Source of the DNA: the human T2T-CHM13v2.0 reference genome, Homo sapiens
Direction: 5' to 3' (one strand)
DNA: 64,000 nt
Assembly: GCF_009914755.1 (NCBI RefSeq)
Contig: NC_060927.1
Part shown: positions 56,109-64,000 of the stretch, piece after piece
Layout: each line of letters opens with the position of its first letter
Position numbering within the stretch: position 1 is the stretch's first letter
Notes under the pieces: generated by a model
The model's input: only the letters and a program-made list of their open reading frames with translations
Databases searched by the model: none
What the model was told of the DNA's origin: nothing
Translations under genes and position numbers: made by a program

Positions 56109-56433
56109 GGCTGGGCCTGGTGGCTCATGCCTGTAGTCTCAGCAGTTTGGGAGGCTGAGGTGGGCAGATCACTTGAGCCCAATAGTTTGAGACCAGCCTA
56201 GGAAACATGACAAAACCTCTTCTCTACAAAAACTACAAAATTTAGCTGGGAGCAGTGGTGCATGCCTGTAGTCCTAGCTACTCAGGAGGCTGAGATGGAA
56301 GGATCACTTGAGCCCAGTAGGCAGAGATTGCAATAAACCAAGATTGTGCCACTGCACCCCAGCCTGGGCGTCAGCAAGACCCTGTCTCAAAAAAACCAGC
56401 CAACCAACCAACCAAACAAACAAACAAACAAAA
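56109..56433 (+). mobile_element. AluJ with (CCAA)n/(CAAA)n tail
   Basis: Dimer, J-type; TSD aaaaccacaatgaga / aaatccacaaggaga. Confidence 0.9.
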
Positions 56434-58255
56434 AAATCCACAAGGAGATATTATCTCATACCAGTCAGAATGGCTATTAATAAAAAGTAAAAAAAAAAAT
56501 AACAGATGCTGCAAGGTTGCAGAGAAAAGGGAATGCTTATACACTGTTGGTGGGAGTGTAAATTAAACTATTGTGGAAAGCAGTGTGGCATCTCCTTAAA
56601 GAGCTGAAAACACATCTAACATCTGACTCAGCAATCCCATTACTAGGTATATATCCAAAGGAATAGAAATCATTCTACCATAAAAACACATGCACGTGTG
56701 TATTCATTGCAGCACTTACAATAGCAAAGACATGGAATCAACCTAAATGCCCATCAATGGCAGATTGAATAAAGAAAATATGGTACATATACACCATGGA
56801 ATACCACACAGCCATAAAAAAGAATGAGATCATGTCCTTTGCAGGAACATGGATGGAGCTGGAGGCCATCATCCTTAGCAAACGAATGCAGGAACAGAAA
56901 ACCAAATACTGCATGTTCTCATTTACAAGTGGGAGCTAAATGATGAGAACACGTGGACACAGAGGAAAACAGACACTGGGGTCTACTTGAGGGTGGTGGG
57001 TGGGAGGAGGGAGAGGATCAGAAGAAATAACTATTTAGTACCAGGCTTAGTACCTGGGTGATGAAGTAATCTGTACAACAAACCCCCATGACATGAGTTT
57101 ACTTATATAACAAATCAGCACATATACACCTGAGCTTAAAATAAAAGTTAAACAAAAAAATTAAAAATCACAAACCAAATATCAGCTCTCTTCAAGAGAC
57201 TCATCTAATGCAAGGATTCTTACAAACTCGAGGTAAAGGGGTGGAAAAAGATATTCCATGCCAATATAAGAAAAAGCAGCAGGAGTAGTTATTCTCATGT
57301 TAGATAGAACAGACACTTTAAAGCAACAACAGTAAAAAAAAAAAAAAAAAAAAGTCATTATATAAAGATAAAAGAATCAATCCCCAGCAAGAAGATATTA
57401 CAATCCTTAATATACATTACTTACTCCTTACTATGGAGCTTCCAGATTCATAAAAAATTACTACCAGACCTAAGAAAAGAGAAAGACATCATCACAATAA
57501 TTGTGGGGGACTCAACACTCCGCTGACAGCACTAGACAGATAATCAAGGCAGAAAGTGAGCAAGAAAATGTTGTACTTAAACTGCATTCTAGAACAAATA
57601 TAACTAACAGAATTTACAGGACATTTTACTCAAGAGCTTCAGAATATACATTATTTTCCTCAGCACATGGAACATTCTCCAAAACAGACCATATGATAGT
57701 CCACAAAACAAGTCTCAATAAATTTTTAAAAATTGAAATTATATCAAGTACCTTCTTAGACCACAGTGGAATAAAACCAATAATTAACACCAAAAGGAAC
57801 ACTCAAAACTATACAAATGCTTAAAAATTAATCTGCTCCTGGATGATTTGGGGGTAAAAAATGAAATCAAGATGAAAATTTAAAAATTCTTTAAAGTGAA
57901 TGATAATAGTTACACAAGTTATCAAAACCTCTGGGATACAGGAAAAGCGGTGCTAAGATGAAAGTTTATAGCACTAAATGCCTACATCAAAAAGTCTGAA
58001 ATGAAACAAATTGGCAACCTAACATCACACCTCAAGGAACCAGAGAAGCAAGAACAAACCAAACCCAAAGCTACCAGAATAAAAGAAATTATAAAGATCA
58101 GAGCAGAACTAAATGAAATTAGAACAAAGAAAAATAATACAATAGATCAACAAAACAAAAAGTTGGTTCTTTGAAAAAATAAAATTGGTAGACTATTAGC
58201 TAGATTAACCAAGAAAAGAAGAATCAAACAAGCTCAATTAGAAATGAAAATGTAT

Positions 58256-58598
58256 GGCCAGGTGCGGTGGTTCACGCCTGTAATCCCAGCACTTTGGGAG
58301 TCTGAGGCGGGTGGATCACTTGAGGTCAAGAGTTTGAGACCAGCCTAGCCAACATGATGAAACCCTGTCTCTACTAAAAATACAAAAATTAGCTGGGCGT
58401 GGTGGTGCCGCCTGTAATCCCAGCTACTTGGGAGACTGAAGCAGGAGAATCATCTGAACCTGGGAGGCAGAGGTTGCATTTCTGTCAAAAAAAAAAAAAA
58501 AAAAGAGAGAAAGAGAGAAAGAAAGAAAGAAAGAGAAAGAGAGAAAGAAAAAGAGAAAGAAAAAAAGAAAGAGGAAGGAAAGAAGGAAGGAAGGAAGG
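58256..58598 (+). mobile_element. AluS with deleted right-arm end, plus A18 and (GAAA)/(GGAA) tail
   Basis: gaggttgca joined to tttctgtc; purine microsatellite 58504-58598. Confidence 0.9.
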
Positions 58599-60198
58599 AA
58601 AATGGAGGCATTACAGCTGATACCACAGGAATACAAAAGATTATTTAAGACTACTATGAACACCTCTGTGCACATAAACTAGAAAATCTATAGGGAATTA
58701 ATAAATTCCTGGAAACATACCACCTCCCCAGCTTGAATCAGAATGAAACAGAAATTCTGAACAGACCAACAACAAGCAGTGAGATTGAATCAGTAATTTA
58801 ACAAAGTTGTCCTCCTAAAAAAAGCCAAGGGCCATACAAATTCACAGCCAAATTCTACCAGACATTCAAAGAATTGGCGCCAATTTTGCTGAAACTATTC
58901 TAAAAGACTGAGAAAGAAGGAATCCTTCCTAACTCATTCTATGAAGCCAGTATCACCTTGATACCAAAGCCAGGAAAGGGCATACAAAACAAAACAAACA
59001 AAAAACAAAAAAACACAAAATGACAGACCAATATTCCTGATTAACATAGATGCAGAAATCTTCAACAAAATACTAGCAAACTAAACCCAACAGCACATCA
59101 AAAAGGTAATTAACTATGATTAAGTGGGTATTATCCCAGGGATGCAGGGATGGTTCAACATATGCAAGTCAATAAATGTGATTCACCATGTAAACAGAAT
59201 TAAAAACAAAAACCATATGATTATCTCAATAGATGCAAAAAGCATTGGATAAAATACAGCATCCTTTTATAAAACCCTCAACAAATTAGATATAGAAGGA
59301 ACATATCTCAAAATAATAAAAGCTACATATGGAAAACCACAGCCAACATCATACAGAATAGGAAGAAGTCAAAAGCATTCCCCCTAAGAACTGGAATAAG
59401 ACAAGGATGCCCACTTTTACCACTTCTATTCAATATAGTACTGGAAGTCATAGCCAGGCCAATCAGTCAAGAGAAAGAAAGGAATTCCAAATCAGAAAAG
59501 AGGAAGTCAAACTATTTATATTTGCCGACGATATGATTGTGTAACTAGAAAAACCTAAAGATCCCTCCAAAAGACTCCTAGATTTGAGAAATGAATTCAG
59601 TAAAGTCTCAGGTTACAAAATCCATGTACACAAATCAGTAGCTCTGCTGCATGCCAACAACGACCAAGCTGAGAATCAAATAAAAAACTCAGTCCCTTAT
59701 ATAATAGCTGAAAAAAAAAAAACCTAGGAATACATTTAACCGGGGAGGTGAAAGAGCTCTACAAGGAGGACTACAAAACACCACTGAAAGGAATCACAGA
59801 TGATACAAACAAATGGAAATACGTGTCATGCTCATGGATTGGAAGAATCAGTATCACACAAATGATCATATTGCTCAAAGGAAGCTTCATATTCACTGAA
59901 ATTCCTATCAAAATACCAAATTATTTTTCACAAAATTAGAAAAAAAATCCAAAAATTCATATGGAACCAAAAAAGAGCCCAAATAGCCAAAGCAATTCTA
60001 AGCAAAATGAATAAAGCTGGAGGCATCGCATTACCTGACTTCAAATTGTACTACAATGCTGTAGTAACCAGAACAAGATGTTACTGGTATAAAAGTAGAT
60101 ACGTAGACCAATAGAACACAACAGAGGATCCAGAAATACAGCCAAATACTTACAACCAAATGATCTTTGACAAAGTATAGAAAGGCATGGAATATTAT

Positions 60199-60596
60199 TT
60201 TTTTCAAGGTAGTAATGTCTTTTTTTTACTTTTTTTAAATTATACTTTAAGTTCTAGGGTACATGTGCACAACATGCAGGTTTGTTCCATAGGTATACAT
60301 GTGCCCAAGTTGGTTTGCTGCACCCATCAACTCGTCATTTACATTAGGTGTTTCTCCTAATGCTATCCTTCCCCCAGCCTCCCACCCCCCGACAGGCCCC
60401 GGTGTGTGATATTCCCCGCCCCATGTCCATATGTTCTCATTGTTCAACTCCCACCCCTGAGTGAGAACATGTGGTGTTTGGTGTTCTGCCCTTGTGATAG
60501 TTTGCTTAGAATGATGGTTTTCAACTTCATCCATGTTCCTGCAAAGGACATGAACTCATCCTTTTTATGGCTGCAGAGTATTCCATGGTGTATATG
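60199..60596 (-). mobile_element. Short L1PA (PA6-8-like) 3' end
   Basis: Antisense 3'UTR ttatactttaagttctagggtac...; TSD aaggca(tg/ca)gaatattat at 60182-60198 and 60597-60613. Confidence 0.92.
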
Positions 60597-62045
60597 AAGG
60601 CACAGAATATTATAACACTGGGTTTGCGGTGTGTAAATTGCTCATACATTAAGTAGAAAGACCCAGGTGAACCAATAAAAAATAACAACAACTTTTCAAG
60701 TCATAGTATAATAACATATAAATAGAAACAACAAAAAGTTAAAAAGCAGGGAGACAAAGTTAAAGTGTAGAGTTTTTATTAGTTTTCTCTTTGCTAGCTT
60801 GTTTATGCAATCAGTGTTAAGTTGTCAACAGTTTAAAATCATGGATTATAAGATATTATTTGCAAGTCTCATGGTAACCTCAAATAAAAAATAGAAAAAA
60901 AATGGGATTACATCAAGCTAAAAAGATTCTGCAGAAGAAAGGAAATAATCAACTAAGTGCAGAGATAACCCACAGAATGGGAGAAAATATTTGCAAACTA
61001 CCCCTCTGACAAGGAATTAATAACCAGAATATATAAGGAGCTCAAACAACTCTGTAGGAAAAAAGCTAATAGTCTGATTTTAAAATGGGCAAAAAATCTG
61101 AGTAGACATTTCTCAACATAAGACATATTTTGACTGGAAAACAGGTTTATGTGCTCAACAAGCACATAAAGGTGCTCGACATCCTTGATCTTCAGAGAAA
61201 TGCAAATCAAAACTACAGTGAGGTATTATCTCACGCCAGTTGAAATGGCTTATATCCAAAAGACAGGGAATAACAAATGCTGACAAGGATGTGTAGAAAA
61301 GCACTGTTGGTGGGAATGTAAATTAGTACAGCCACTATGGAGAACAGTTTAGAAGTTCCTCAAAATACTAAAAATGCAGCTACCATATGATACAGCAATC
61401 CCACTACCAAGTGTATAGCCAGAAGAAAGGAAATTTGTATATGGAAGAGATATCTGCACTCCCATATATTGCAGCACTATTCACAGTAGCCAAGATTTGG
61501 AAGCAATTTAAGTGTCTATCAGTGGATGAATGGATAAAGAAAATATGGTAGATATACACAATGGAGTAGTATTCAACCACACCAAAGAGAGAGATCCTGT
61601 TGTTTACAACATGAATGGAACTGGGGGTAATTATGTTAAGTGAAATAAGCCAGACACAGAAAGACAAACAACATGTTCTCACTTATTCGTGGGAACTAAA
61701 ATTTAAAACAGTTGAACTCGTGGACATAGAGAGATACTAGAGGCTGAGAAGGGTAGTGAAGGGAAAAGTGGGATAGTTAATGAGTATAAAAAATAGAAAA
61801 AATGAATAAGACTAGTATTTCCTAGCACAACATGACTACAGTCAACAATAATTTATTGCATATTTTAGAATAACTTAAATAATATAATTGGACTTTTTGT
61901 AACACAAAGGAAGGGTAATTGCTTGATGTGATAGATATCACATTTACCCTGATTATTATACATTGTATGCCTGTATCAATATATGTCATGTACCCCATAA
62001 ATATATACACATACTATTTACCCACAACAATTAAAAATTAAAGAA
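60597..62045 (+). mobile_element. L1MA-like: inter-ORF segment joined at ~60895 to ORF2 end and 3'UTR
   Basis: cagaatattataacactg...gcaagtctcatggtaacctc, then aatgggattacatcaagcta...catgtaccccataaatatatacac. Confidence 0.8.
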
Positions 62046-62061
62046 AGAAAAATATTCACAG

Positions 62062-62109
62062 ACAAGTGAACCTGCACAGTTCAAACCCTTGCTGTTCAAG
62101 GATCAACTG
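62062..62109 (+). mobile_element. Tigger2/MER8-like terminal fragment
   Basis: aagtgaacctgcacagttcaaacccttgctgttcaaggatcaactg resembles the recalled terminal inverted repeat end. Confidence 0.6.
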
Positions 62110-62242
62110 CATAAACATTTCTCATTCCTAATAAACAGGAGTTTTAATTTAAAAACCTAAAAGTAAATTAATAGAATTCAAGCCTTGAATGTATGTAATT
62201 GAGGGGCTGGCACATAACATTAGGAATTATACTAGAATACTA

Positions 62243-64000
<1,758 letters not shown>

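Larger units (their letters stand above)
53181..57160 (+). mobile_element. L1PA13-15-like, 5'-truncated, nested in the L1PB
   Basis: ORF2 fragments 53270, 54209, 54635, 55563; 3'UTR cagacactggggtctacttgagggtgg...aaaataaaagtta. Confidence 0.85.
49995..60175 (+). mobile_element. Long L1PB-type element (5'UTR 49995-~52000, ORF1 ~52040-53050, ORF2 start to 53180, resumes 57161-60175), 3' end missing
   Basis: GC-richer 5'UTR; ORF1-like MRRNQKNNFGNMTKQ (52043); ORF2 fragments at 57501 and 59748. Confidence 0.85.

Overview
Primate, very probably human, genomic DNA: an intronic stretch of STXBP5L (tomosyn-2) on the + strand. It holds two short coding exons, 2223-2294 (72 nt) and 38367-38432 (66 nt), which splice in frame to give ..DNFCMRGLSNFYPDLTKRIRTSYQ-SLTELNDSPVPLELERCKSPTS(D).., recognised from memory of the protein. 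Most of the rest is nested retrotransposons: many L1s (L1M, L1PB and L1PA classes, four of them 5'-inverted), 16 Alu/FLAM copies, one full-length antisense SVA with a 3' transduction, a THE1 solo LTR, and L2, MIR and MER fragments. Nearly all ORFs in the track are repeat-derived or spurious. I see no new protein-coding or defence-type system. The most unusual signals are (1) an apparent ~650-bp non-allelic gene-conversion tract between two L1s 11.55 kb apart, (2) the SVA with a traceable 55-bp transduction, inserted next to that tract, (3) a dense neuronal splicing-motif layout around the 72-nt exon, and (4) several template-switch or duplication scars. Subfamily names come from recalled diagnostic bases, not from a RepeatMasker run, and old-element boundaries are approximate.
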